A DNA stretch of 64,000 bases from Octopus vulgaris (lineage: Eukaryota). The stretch lies in assembly GCA_951406725.2 (NCBI GenBank), contig OX597825.1:68138001-68202000 (forward strand). The letters run 5' to 3'. Under the pieces are notes generated by a model. That model was not told the origin of the DNA. It saw only the letters and a program-made list of their open reading frames with translations, and did not search any database. Below, in pieces: positions 23,951 through 36,149 of this stretch. The position numbers were made by a program, and so were the translations under genes. Numbering within the stretch: position 1 is the first letter of the stretch; every line of letters begins with the position of its first letter.

Positions 23951-24707
23951 GGTATACTAAAGAAAAAAAAATTGAAAATAAAATAAAACAAAAAAATGTC
24001 CAGTTCCTGGCCGTTTTCCTTCCTCCTGAGCATTGCATGGAAGGCTTCGTGGTATCTGTTCGAACAGCCTTTGCTCTGGGTTCAAAATCTCGCTGAGGTT
24101 AGCTAACTGCATTTCATCCTTCAGGGGTGATTAAAAAGAAAAGGTACCAATCTTGAGCGGGGGATTGACAGAACTAAAAGCAAAAAAAATATGTACAGGC
24201 CTACTCGTACATGTACAGATCGTGTTCATCCCTGGTTGATGTGGACCCTGAGAGGCTAAACTTAAAAATGATTTCAAATTTTGGCACAAGGCCAGCAATT
24301 CTAGGGGAATGGATAGTAGATTGCATTAACCTCAGTGCTGAACTTAATTTATGGAACCCGAAAGGATAAAAGGCAAAATCAACCTCGGCGAAATTTGAAC
24401 ACAGAACAAAAAGAGCCAGAAGAAATGTCGTTAAGCAGTGTGTCCGACGTGCTAACAATTTTGCCAGTTTGCCGCCTTAAGCCTTCTTTTTAAAAAAAAA
24501 TTGGTGGGTAATTTCCTATTCTACATTCGTAAAATCAAATTTGTTTTATTTTCAGTTTCATTTCCACTTGATTAGCAAGTCTTGTGGATGCCTCGGAGCT
24601 CCTTATTTTATTGTGAATCCTAACGAAATACATACAGAACAGCAGATAATCAATGAAAGGCATTCTATTACGACACTGGCTCGATCTTTGTCAGATTCAG
24701 CGACTTG

Positions 24708-25363
24708 GGATCTTTACCTTTTGACCGACAGATTTTTAAAATAATTTTTTGTAACTAAACACTTTCAAACTTCGGACATTGGTAGAATGTGTCGTATAAA
24801 ACATCTTTTACTCTTAGCGTTTTTTGAGAAAAGCTTATATTTACGAAGTTATTTCACGTTAAAGTTGTAGTATTTCGCTAATTTCAACCAACCAATGACG
24901 TGTGTTCAGCTGAATAAAATTACTGCTGTTGTTTGTCAACAACTTCCAGCTGTGTATATTTCGTTTGTCACTGTTATTTATGACAACCCTAAAACCTTAA
25001 CCCTAACCCTAACCCTAAAATCCTAACCCTAACACCCTAACCCTAAAACCTTAAAGCTAAAACCAGTACAAACGCCCGTACCATGTCATAAATAACAGTT
25101 ACAAAAGAAAAATACACCGCTAATAGTTGTTGTTGACAAACAACGGCAGTAATTTTATTCAGCTAAATAATCGTCATTGATTGGTTGAAATTACCGAAAT
25201 ACGACAACTTTAACGTAAAATAACGTCCTAAATATAAGCTCTTCTCAAAAACGCTAAGAGTAAAAGATGTTTTATACGACACATTCTACCAGTGCCCAAA
25301 GTTCGAAAGTGTTTAGTTACAAAAAATTGTTTTTTAAATCTGTCGGTCAAAAGGTAAAGATCC
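24708..25363. mobile_element. Foldback MITE (GGATCTTTACC subfamily) with a central (CCCTAA)n tract
   Basis: Inverted arms of about 275 bp. CCCTAA repeats at about 24985-25055. 8-bp TSD gcgacttg. Confidence 0.95.
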
Positions 25364-26803
25364 GCGACTTGTATTGCTTGGTTTACCGTGCCGTGGATTG
25401 CTGAAGAATTCTCACATGTACCAAGCGTGCCACGTGAAAGCGACGGTAAAACGTGGTACTGCAATACGAGCGAAAACAAAGCGAGCATTCGTCAAGGTAG
25501 TTTGGTTCGAAAACAGCCATTTCAGTTTGTAGAATATCATCCTTCTGTCATATTGCTAAGCCTACGGCTTCACTCAGGAAGACATTTCTCGTAAGGTTCG
25601 GTGCAACAAGAATACTTGTGTTGGTTGATGCAATTTCTACCATGAATTGATTTTACGAACATAAAATAGGAAATTACCAAATGTGATATCTTTAACTATA
25701 TATGAATAATGCAGTATTTGATAGACGAAACCAAGAAAAAAGTGAGTGGGTTGGTCATTTCTGGAATACTTTTGATTATAAACTTGCTCAATCGGGGTCA
25801 ACCTGAGGTTAAACAAAAATAACCACAACCCTAACCAAATGACAAAAATAATTAAGAGAGCATTTGAGCATTTACTCTGTTGATATCTCTCCATCTTCCA
25901 AATAAAGTCCTCGGGGATATCGCATCAGTTTCTCTGGTATTTATAGCGATTGTTTATTCAAAAGTACATTTATAATACTATTGAACGAATGCCAATTTAT
26001 AAGTAAAAGAATATATACAAATATATATATATATATAAAAGAAAAAAATGATGTATTCCGTTTGTTCGATCCGGAAATTATGCGAATTAGCCTTACTCCA
26101 TAATTAATTACAACACATCCTTCATTGATAATTAGTCTAAGTAGCTTTAATTTCCAATATTCAGACGTTATTCTTTCCTCGACTTCTAAACGAAGTTTAT
26201 ATACAGTGTTATATATACACTATGTCCATCAACCTGCATTGAATTGCTCGTTCTAATACATTTAACGAGACTATGAACTCAATCAAACGATAATTCTTAT
26301 CCATTGAAATACCCTATATGAAATGTTAATTTTTTTTCATTTTCACGACGCACCAATTTATTTCAATTCTTTCTTTTCTTTTCTTTTTTTCGTTGTCCTT
26401 TTTTTCCTTTTTACCTGATTAAATCTTCTTCCATTTAGCAGATTATCCTAAATTATCGACTTACAATCAAGTGTTAACCCATTTCCATTTAATCCTTCAT
26501 AGACCCATTATTACAATACAAACATAACAAAATACGCTAGCCTCTGTGCGGTCATTGAACTTGCTAGAAATGGCAGCCAAACCTCCTTCGAATTACAACA
26601 CTATCACAATGCTTCTCACATGGTGCATCGCTCAGCACATCAACGTTAGACACGGATTATTTTAAATATAATTTAAGGCTTTATTAGAAAATCCCTTCTG
26701 ACGCTTGAATGTCTTGCAAAACACTTAATTCATAATTCTGTCACACACACACACACACACACATATACATTCCTGTATGTTATATTTTAACTGGTAGTTA
26801 AAA

Positions 26804-26876
26804 GTCCCTGTAGCGCAGGGGATAGCGCGCTGGACTTCTAATCCAGAGGTCGTGGGTTCGAATCCCACCAGGGATG
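26804..26876 (+). tRNA. tRNA-Arg(TCT), intronless, 73 nt
   Basis: Full cloverleaf: acceptor GTCCCTG/CAGGGAT, D stem GCGC/GCGC, anticodon stem CTGGA/TCCAG with loop CT-TCT-AA, T arm GTGGG-TTCGAAT-CCCAC, discriminator G. Confidence 0.97.
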
Positions 26877-26879
26877 ATA

Positions 26880-26885
26880 TTTTTT
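26880..26885 (+). terminator. Pol III oligo-T terminator of the tRNA-Arg gene
   Basis: T6 run 3 nt after the discriminator base. Confidence 0.8.
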
Positions 26886-26889
26886 GTAA

Positions 26890-27119
26890 GGCGGCGAGCT
26901 GGCAGAATCGTTAGCACACCGGGCGAAATGCATAGCCGTATTTCGTCTGCCGTTACGTTCTGAGTTCAAATTCCGCCGAGGTCGACTTTGCCTTTCATCC
27001 TCTCAGAGTCGATAAATAAAGTACCAGTTTTGCACTGGTTCGATGTAATCGACTTAATCCCTTTGTCTGCCCTTGTTTGTCCCCTCTATGTTTAGCCCCT
27101 TGAGGGCAGTAAAGAAATA
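26890..27119 (+). mobile_element. SINE family A, full length, directly downstream of the tRNA
   Basis: GGCGGCGAGCTGG head through the AAAGAAATA tail. Confidence 0.95.
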
Positions 27120-27367
27120 TATATTTTAACTGGTATCTTTATATAATTTATATGTAAAGCATAATATGTTATACATGTATGTATATTCTTGTAATTGTCA
27201 AACTGACATGTCTAAAAGTTGATGAACCACCTATTGATCCCCTCCATTTTCTTATTGCTTTCTCTCTCTCTTTCTATATATATATATATATATATATACA
27301 TACACATACATATATATATATGTATGTATATGTACACATACATACATACATATATATATATACACAC

Positions 27368-27421
<54 letters not shown>

Positions 27422-27617
27422 ATATATATATGTATATCATCATCATCATCATTTAACATCTGCTTTCCATGATAGCATGGGTTGGACGATTTGCCAGTCT
27501 GATCTGGCAGAGTTTCTACAGCTGGATGCCCTTCTTAAGGCCACTCCGAGAGTGTAGTGGGTGCTTTTACGTGCCACCGGCACGAGGTCCAGTTTGGTGG
27601 TACTGCCAACAGCCTCG

Positions 27618-27654
<37 letters not shown>

Positions 27655-28750
27655 GGGTGGGGTATAATGAGTTTTTACTGCATTTTTGATTTTGAAAAGG
27701 AAGTTTTTTACAAATGTTCACAACCTTACAAAAGCTATATCAGCTAGGAAAATTACCTTCCCTAAATGCATTCAAAGCATTATAACAATCTGAACCCTAT
27801 TTCTGAACATTATCACCATTCTCTGTGCACATGTAAAAGACAAATTTGGGTGGGGCAAAATGAGTAAGCCAAGATACAGTAAATTTGTCTTTTTAATTCT
27901 CCAGAATTATATTTGGAAAAAGACTCATACACATCAATATCCATCTTTAGATCAGAAATGCTACAAAAATTTTTTTATTTAGGACAAATGAAAGAGGGTC
28001 AGGGAAAAATGGCATGTGATATAAAATTAACGAAACTCGACTAAATCATAAAAACTCAACATAAAATATTCTCTATAGCTTCTTTACAATCTGCTAGAAT
28101 GGCTCTCTTCCCGCTATATTTACGCATGATGCAGTTAAAGAGAAGAAATTACAGAAATTAGTAATGGCTCATTTTACCCCATTTTAGACATCATTTTTTT
28201 AAAATTTGAAAATTATCAAATTAGACATTTGTGTAGGAAGAAATTTACTTGGGATCCAACAGAGAAAAGAAAATTGATTGTTCAAATTCCAAAAAATATC
28301 CAGGTAATTTATTAACAATTACAATCGGGTGAAATTTGAGGAAAAATCTCTTGAAAAAAAAGAAGTACCTGTCATCTATGTTTCAAACTCTTTCAACTTT
28401 AACAACAGCAACAATTATGCTGACCAATTTTCACTCCCAAAGATGGTACAACACTTGCAAAGTAGCGGTTTCAAACGGGTAGAAAGAAAATAAGAAGTCA
28501 AATGTTGCTCCAAAAATGATACAATAATTTCAATGCAAAGATTTCAAATAGGTAAGGAGAAAATAGCAAGAAATCAGAAATTACTCATTTTACCCCGGTC
28601 ACTAATTTGCATACATACACACACACACACACACACACCAGTCCCAACACACTCACAAACTGAGTATTCCGTCGTTGCCGGGTAATTTTCACAATCGAAT
28701 ACTTTTAATTTAAATTTTCTTGTTCCGTGTCAGGCCATGTCTTTTCCAAT

Positions 28751-28883
28751 GGATAAAACTCTGAGTTTCGGATGCCGAGGTGGAAATTCATGCCACCATC
28801 TCTTCAGTTATCTGGCCATCAATTTTTTTTTCCCGATGGCCGGATAACTGAAGAGATGGTGGCATGAATTTCCACCTCGGCAT
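28751..28883. repeat. Hairpin copy of the 17.6-kb element family; hammerhead-like motif on the minus strand (28752-28813)
   Basis: 49-bp arms 28772-28820 / 28835-28883. The minus strand reads GATAA-CTGAAGA-GATG...CATC-C-GAAA-CTCAGAG-TT-TTATC. Confidence 0.75.
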
Positions 28884-30326
28884 TATTTGGATCAATTTAT
28901 AATGTATCGATAAACTAACTTTTTGTTTTCTCCATTTGGTGCAAAGGCATAAAGACTTTTTTTTAGCTTGCTATTCATGCTTTGTCTGAGTTTTTTTCGA
29001 CGAAATTCCTTACACACATGTACTCCCAGATTATTTATTTATTTATTTATTTATTTATTATGTGTAGAGGATATTCTATAATTTATGGAATCTACTTTAG
29101 GAATCGCTACCTTCCAATATCTAATTTCTCTATCACATTTTATTATTAAAATCTGAGTTCAAAATCTTGTCAAGCTTGAATTTCGTTTTTTGTTCCTGGA
29201 GTGTATATAAACTAAGTTCTAACTACAAAGCTCTCTCAGTGACTTAGCTAGTTCTAATAGGGGCGAGATGAGGACAAAGGGATCGACCACTTCCAGCGAG
29301 CTCATTTTTCAAAAAGAAAATATTTTGGATTCCATGCCCCACCACAATTTTCCCAGGCCCCATGGGTGGGAGCATATGCTCCAGTTGGAAATCACTGTTG
29401 TAAACGGTCATAGGAACCTTACTGACTAACAGATTACAAAATCCTTCTGGAATCGATAAAATACTGATCACAAGGATTGATTTATATATTTCTATAATTC
29501 ATTTTCGGTATTATAGATGGAAAGAAGAGATTTGGTGCTACACAACAACAAATAATACTCTTTACTCTTTTACTTGTTTCAGTCATTTCACTGTGGCCAT
29601 GCTGGAGCACCGCTTTTAGTTGAGCAAATCGAACCCAGGACTTATTCTTTGTAAGCTTAGTACTTATTCTATCGGCCACTTTTGCCGAACCGCTAATTTA
29701 CAGGGACATAAACACACCACCATTGGTTGTCAAGTGATGTTGGGAGGGGGACAAACACAGATGCACAAACACACACACACACACACACACACAATCACTA
29801 ATATGACATTATTTATACAACTGTACACAACATAGTACAGCAATAAGCTATATCATCTGTTTATTTGTGAATTCGATGCCTGATGTTATAAAGTTTCGTT
29901 TCTGATCTGTCCTCTCTATAATTCTTTCCAAATTTGACACGAGGCTAGCTATTTTGTGGATAGATATATAAGTTGATTACATCGACCCCACTACTCAACG
30001 GGTACTTCTTTCATCATCTCCGAATGGATGAAAGACAAATTCGACCTCGACAGCATTCAAACATGGAATGTAAAGCTGGAAGAAATGCCGCTAAGCATTT
30101 TGTCCGACTCGATAATGATTCTGCTAGATGGCCACTCTGCTTTGTTTGGAATGGGGTATACTTGCTGTGTCATGTGATTCTACCTTATAACCATGTGAAC
30201 CAGTGATCTTCAAACTGATTCATAGCATCCTCGCTTAACCCCCACAGCAAAAAATATTAGTTTCAAATTTTAGTACAAGAGCAGAAATTTCAGGGGGAAG
30301 GAGTAACTGGTATCTAATATATTCAA

Positions 30327-30556
30327 GGCGGCGAGCTGGCAGAAACGTTAGCACGCCGGGGAAAATGCTTAGTGGTATTTCATCTGCGTTACGTTCTGAG
30401 TTCAAATTCCGCCGAGGTCAACTTTGCCTTTCATCCTTTCGGGGTCGATAAATTAAGTACCAGTTATGCACTGGGGTCGATGTAATCGACTTAATACCTA
30501 TGTCTGTCCTTGTTTGTCCCCTCTGTGTTTAGCCCCTTGTGGGTAATAAAGAAATA
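30327..30556 (+). mobile_element. SINE family A, full length, inserted in an older copy
   Basis: TSD ggtatctaatatattc (16 bp). Confidence 0.95.
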
Positions 30557-31957
30557 GGTATCTAATATATTCGACCCCGAAAGGATCAAAGGCAATCCTG
30601 AAAGGATGAAAGCTAGCTGATCCTCTGATGTAATAATTACTCAATGAGCGGTACAGAACTTAGCTAATCCCAAAGCCGAGAATAGCTTAATTAAATGAAG
30701 GTTACATTGTTGCTTGGGATTTCCAAGTTAACTCACCGCAGTTAATTAGAAATATTGAATTTGTAAATGTCTCAAAGAGACATGAGCAGTGGTGGAGCAA
30801 TAGAGTGGTTGTATAAAGTCAACATAACGTGACAGTCCCGTAAGGGAATTACACCACCGCTGTTTAGCCCTAGGAAGCATCGTCACTTCCTGTCGGCTTT
30901 GATACATTTCCTGTGTCCTTATATTTGCAAAGGGGGAGGCAAGCACCCGCACCAGCTAGGACTAGCAACATGAAGACATGCATGTTTCTGGGTCTTGCCC
31001 GTCATCAGTCCAGGGTAGCGAACTAAAAGTCGACCTCTGAATTTGAACTCAGAACGTACAGATGGACAAAATACCGCTAAGCATTTTCCCTGGCATGCTA
31101 ACAGTTCTGCCAGCTCACCGTTCTCCACCACATAAAATATATGTGAAACGTTTTGATCGTCCCAAGAGAAAATGAATTTGAGTTTGCATCCATGAAATAA
31201 TTCTACAAATTTAGGCCCCCTGATTTTTTAAAATTATGGCTAGAAAAGTCTTAGTTCTATTAAATTTGGAAATTCGTCTGCACCTTTTTTTTCAAACCTC
31301 ACAGCCTTTCTTTATGATAACCACTGATGTGAATGATGCTTGGAAGCGTGAATGAGAGCTCAATGGAATAGAGCTCAATGGGTTGAATAAATGTGCAGAG
31401 TAGCAAAGGCATTTGCAATAATATACCATAGTATTACTTGGCTGGATACAGCAGACAGAGAGAGAGAGACAGGCTGCAATAAACAGACTTACACAATGAT
31501 TACTTATCAGACTTGTTATAATAGCAACAAGGCTTGAGATGAACTAATTGATGACAAAGACAAATTAACATTGTATGAATGCCAAATCATAATAATACAC
31601 ACTGGACTTGTCATAACTCATTTGCAGGAAAGATTTAGTTTTAATGCGTAAAGTACAGTACTGCTATATCCTGTTATAGTTTGCTAGTCTACACTTTAAA
31701 GTGACCAGCGTTAGTATTATCAAATGAAGTGATGATATACATATATATAATGAACTAGCGGAATCGTTACCAATCTGAGCAAAATGCTTAGCGATATTTC
31801 ATCTGTCCTTACGTTTTGAGTTCAAATTCCACCGAGGTGAACTTTGCTTCTATCCTTTTGAGGATGAAAGCAAAGTTGAGCACTGGGGTCGACGTAATCG
31901 ACTTAACCCCTCCCTTAAATTTGCTGACCGTGTGTCAAAATTTGAAACACAAACACT

Positions 31958-31988
<31 letters not shown>

Positions 31989-32160
31989 TGGTAAAAACGG
32001 TAAGATAACAAAAGAAATATTATGTAAATAGAGGAAATTTATCTATAAAATAATTCAATAGTCAAGATAAAATTCTGAGTTTTATATAAGTAGCGGAATT
32101 ATAACACAGTAATTTCCCTTTATATAACGGTATTTTTTCATAGCGTTTTTTCAGATGGCC

Positions 32161-32223
32161 AGATAACTGAAGAGATGGTGTTGTGGATTTCCACTTCAGC
32201 ATCCGAAACTCAGAGTTTTATCT
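32161..32223 (+). ncRNA. Minimal type-I hammerhead-like ribozyme motif with a canonical core
   Basis: AGATAA-CTGAAGA-GATGGTG...CAGCATC-C-GAAA-CTC-A-GAG-TT-TTATCT. It lies within an element spanning about 31990-32258 in (TA)n. Confidence 0.65.
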
Positions 32224-32371
32224 TGACTATTAAATAATTGTAACATATTATTTTATAGATATATATATATATATAACCATCTTTTATATCTATTATATAC
32301 TGATGTAATGAACAGGTCATTTATAAAGCTTGAAACACGTGTACCGTGATATCCTTTGTGTTCTGTTTTTG

Positions 32372-32411
<40 letters not shown>

Positions 32412-32673
32412 TATTTCATAATGAGATAAAAGACCAATGCTGTGTAGATTTTAGAACATTTATAGATATCTATAAATGGTCTAAAATCTACACAGCCTTG
32501 GTTTTTTATCTCATTACGAAATAATTTTTATATACACACACTGACATATGACCAATGTTGAAACCCTTATTCGCATAATCACTGAACCTGGAACTTAACT
32601 GCAGTCCATCTATAGCACTTATTCAGCATTACCTGACACCTTTGGGTCTCAATGACACCATTACCTCTCATAA

Positions 32674-32707
<34 letters not shown>

Positions 32708-32912
32708 TATCAATTTTTGAGATTATCAATTTTGATATTGTCGATTTAAATACATTGTCACAAAACGTGCATAGTCGATTTAATGTATATTATTTAGTAT
32801 AGTAATTTTTAGTACAATATTAACAATATATTTAAATTTATATTTTATTGTAGATAATATCTTTCATTATTAATTGAATTACTTTATGGAGGTTCTGTCT
32901 CTTAATTCTATA

Positions 32913-32946
<34 letters not shown>

Positions 32947-33206
32947 ACATCCAAATTGAGGGAATGGAATGGGTATAGTGCAGACTAGCTAGCTAATCCT
33001 CTGATGTAATAATTACTCAACGAGCAGTACACAACTTAGCTAATCCCCAGGCCAAGAATAACTTAAATAAATGAAGGTTACATTGTCACTTGGGATTTCC
33101 AAGTTAACTCACCACAGATGTGAGTTGAAATGAATGGTGAAGCTGGAAGAGCAAAATAAAAGACCATTTGAAGGAATAAAATGGTCAAAAAGTAGGAATG
33201 AGGACA

Positions 33207-33413
33207 TGCGTGGTGTGATGAAATGTTCTTAGCTTTGGGTCAAAGAAAATTCAGGAGGATCTGTTAATTATGATTTTATTTAACATATTCCCTTCTCGGA
33301 TTCACTTATTGCAACAATATTTCAGTTTTTCTAAGCTCTATAAAAGAATTCAGGATCTCCAACCATGCCTTTCACAATACTCTTAAAGCCAGGAACTTTT
33401 CAGCATCACCGCA
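33207..33413. mobile_element. Mariner-type MITE (decayed)
   Basis: Inverted relative of 37355-37571, with TIR ...AAAGCCAGGAACTTTTCAGCA. Confidence 0.7.
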
Positions 33414-34413
33414 TATATATGTGTGAGTGTGTGTGTGTGTGTGTATTTATACACACACATATATGTGTGTGTGTGGAGGCACATGGCCTCGCATGGACTC
33501 ATGGTCAAGGGATTGCGGGTTCGAATCTCAGACCGGGCAATGTGTGTGTATATGTCAGCATGTGTATATAAAGCTCCACGCGGCTCCGGCAGAAGGTAAT
33601 GGCGAACTTCTGCTGACTCTTTCACCACAAATTTCTCTCACTCTATCCTCCTGCATCTTGCAGCTCACCTGCGACGGACCAGCGTCCCGTCCAGGTGGGG
33701 GAACCTATATACCTTATGAGCCAGGCTTGGCTCGAGAAGGAACAAACAATATATATGTATGGTTGAAATTACAGGAAAACAAAAGACGAAGACAAGTGTA
33801 TGAACAACAAGCAGGTGTATTAGTTTGATGCTCGGGAAAATGAGAAAGTCTTTTATGTTTCGAGTCTATGCTCTTCAACAGAAAGGAATAAGAGAAAATA
33901 AACAGAGAATAAAAAAAAACTTGTGGATTTAGCGGTCAGGCATGGTGGCTGGTTGGAAAAAGCTTTGACAGGAGAGGTAGAAAGAAGGGGAGATAATAAA
34001 GTATTGGTGATCCCAAAACGAAGATGTGCGTGCATGTGTGTGTATGTGAGAATGTGTGTGTGTGTGTGTGGATAGGGGCTAATGACTTTGATGTGTGGAT
34101 GTATGCGTGTGTAAGTGTGTGCGGCAATTCTGGATGGTCACATACTAAAGTGGAGTTTCGAAATGAGTGTATCACTGTAAATCTGAGGATGCACCATTGA
34201 ATCATGAGGAGGAAACACCATCCAGTACACCCCTTAGCGACGGGCATGCATCTTAAGAACCGAAAACAAACCCTGAAGTCATAACCGCTAGATACTGGAA
34301 GATCCTGTAGAGTTTCATCTTTTTCACGTCAGACCTCTATCAGTAGTTATAAGTTTCATACATAGTAAATATTGTCACTGAAACATGAAATTAAAGAATA
34401 TGAAATACAATTT

Positions 34414-34868
34414 GGATCTTTTCGGTTTGACTGGCAGTTTTTTCTAGTGGTGTCATATGAAATTGTCACCCATAATTATGACCCTAGTATTGATCTATTG
34501 CATTTCAATCTGTTTTAGGGTTAGGGTTAGAGTTAGGGTTAGTTAGGGTTGGTTAGGGTTAGGGTTAGGGGTGGGGGAAAGGGTATCTTTTTTTCTTCAG
34601 AAATGTAAATAAACCCAATCTGTTTTTTAAACGAGAGACATATTCATGCGGCACAGAATGTTTTCACCTAAAATAGACGTCATTGATTGGTTGAAATTGC
34701 AGAAATTGAAGAAAAAAACAACAAATATCTTACAAACTATAGAATTTTCTCAATAAAGCCAAGAGAAAAGGATGTTTTCTAAACACATTCTACCAGTATA
34801 CGAAGTTTAAAAGTGTTTAGTTACGTGGAAATTATTTTAAAAAACTGCTATTCAAACCGAAAAGATCC
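34414..34868 (+). mobile_element. GGATCTTT-TIR MITE with an expanded TTAGGG tract
   Basis: 8-bp TSD tacaattt. About 8 TTAGGG-like units at about 34515-34570. Confidence 0.95.
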
Positions 34869-36149
34869 TACAATTTTACGTATATTATAACTTATGAAAT
34901 ATTTCATGTATTATAAGACAAATGAGTTAAAAACTATTTGGTATGTGTCACAACGCCATCATTTTTTTATGTGCTTGCTCCCACTAACTTTAGATCATGG
35001 CTATGCCTATGCAGGCACTTAAACTGGAATCGGATCTATTCGGTATACACACTCCCCTTTCAAATTCTGGATTCGTTCCAAAGTAAAGAAATCAATAGAT
35101 TTCCTGTGTTATCCAAGACCCTTACTCTTAGCAGTTACTGTATAAATATCCCGGTATTTTTATCGTCTGTTGAACGGTCCCTTCTAAGCATCATTGTTGT
35201 AAATCAATAAGTACACAAATCTTACAATCTGATCTTAGTTCCTACTAAATCAATAGATTCGTTGAGTTCCAGTGAAAATAGTTGTCTGTCATTTGGAATT
35301 TTCGCCTTTGTTAAAATGAAATAAAATAAATGGCGATCATTCAGAGAAAGTCTACGAAAAATTTCCGGAAAAATTTTTTGTTTGTTTGTTTTTTGTTTTT
35401 TTTTCAGCTCGAAGCAAAATGCCAAAGATAGACAACAACACAATACAAACCTGCAGCACCTTCCTTGCTTGAAGATTTTGCAGCAGAACTTGAGCAAACA
35501 TGATCAAACATTGGAAGAATCAGCCTTGAGAGAAGCTGCAGGAAGAAGACTATGAGTACCTAATTAAGACATTCTCAACTGCTTAGACCGTCTGTCAAGA
35601 CATAAAAAGCCATGTGCATGTATGTATGTGTATGTATGTATGTATGTATGTATGTATGTATGTATGTATGCATGTATGTATGTATGCATATGCTCATGTA
35701 TTTTTATGCATGCATGCATATGTTTATATATTTTTGTGTATGTATCTATGTTTGTATGTATGTGAGTATGTATGTGTTTATGTGTGTGTATGTATATTTG
35801 TGTATGTATGTGCCATACACAAATATACATACATGAACATAAGCACAGACATGCATACACAAAAAATACATAAATATAAGCGATTCAGCTACACAAAATA
35901 TTAAAGAAATAAAATTTTTTTACAGAAATTGCCGAACAAATACTTTCAATGCTGATATATATATTTCTTTATTGCCCACAAGGGGCTAAACATAGAGGGG
36001 ACAAACAAGGACAGACAAAGGGATTAAGTCGATTACATCAACCCCAGTGCATAACTGGTGCTTAATTTATCAACCCCGAAAGGATGAAAGGCAAAGTCAA
36101 CCTCGGAAGAATTTGAACTCAGAACGTAACGGCAGATGAAATACCTATT

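Noticed and set aside
24985-25055. (CCCTAA)n as a true telomere or chromosome-fusion site
   Set aside because: The tract is short, degenerate and enclosed by MITE TIRs with a TSD. The same holds for almost all other TTAGGG tracts in the window.
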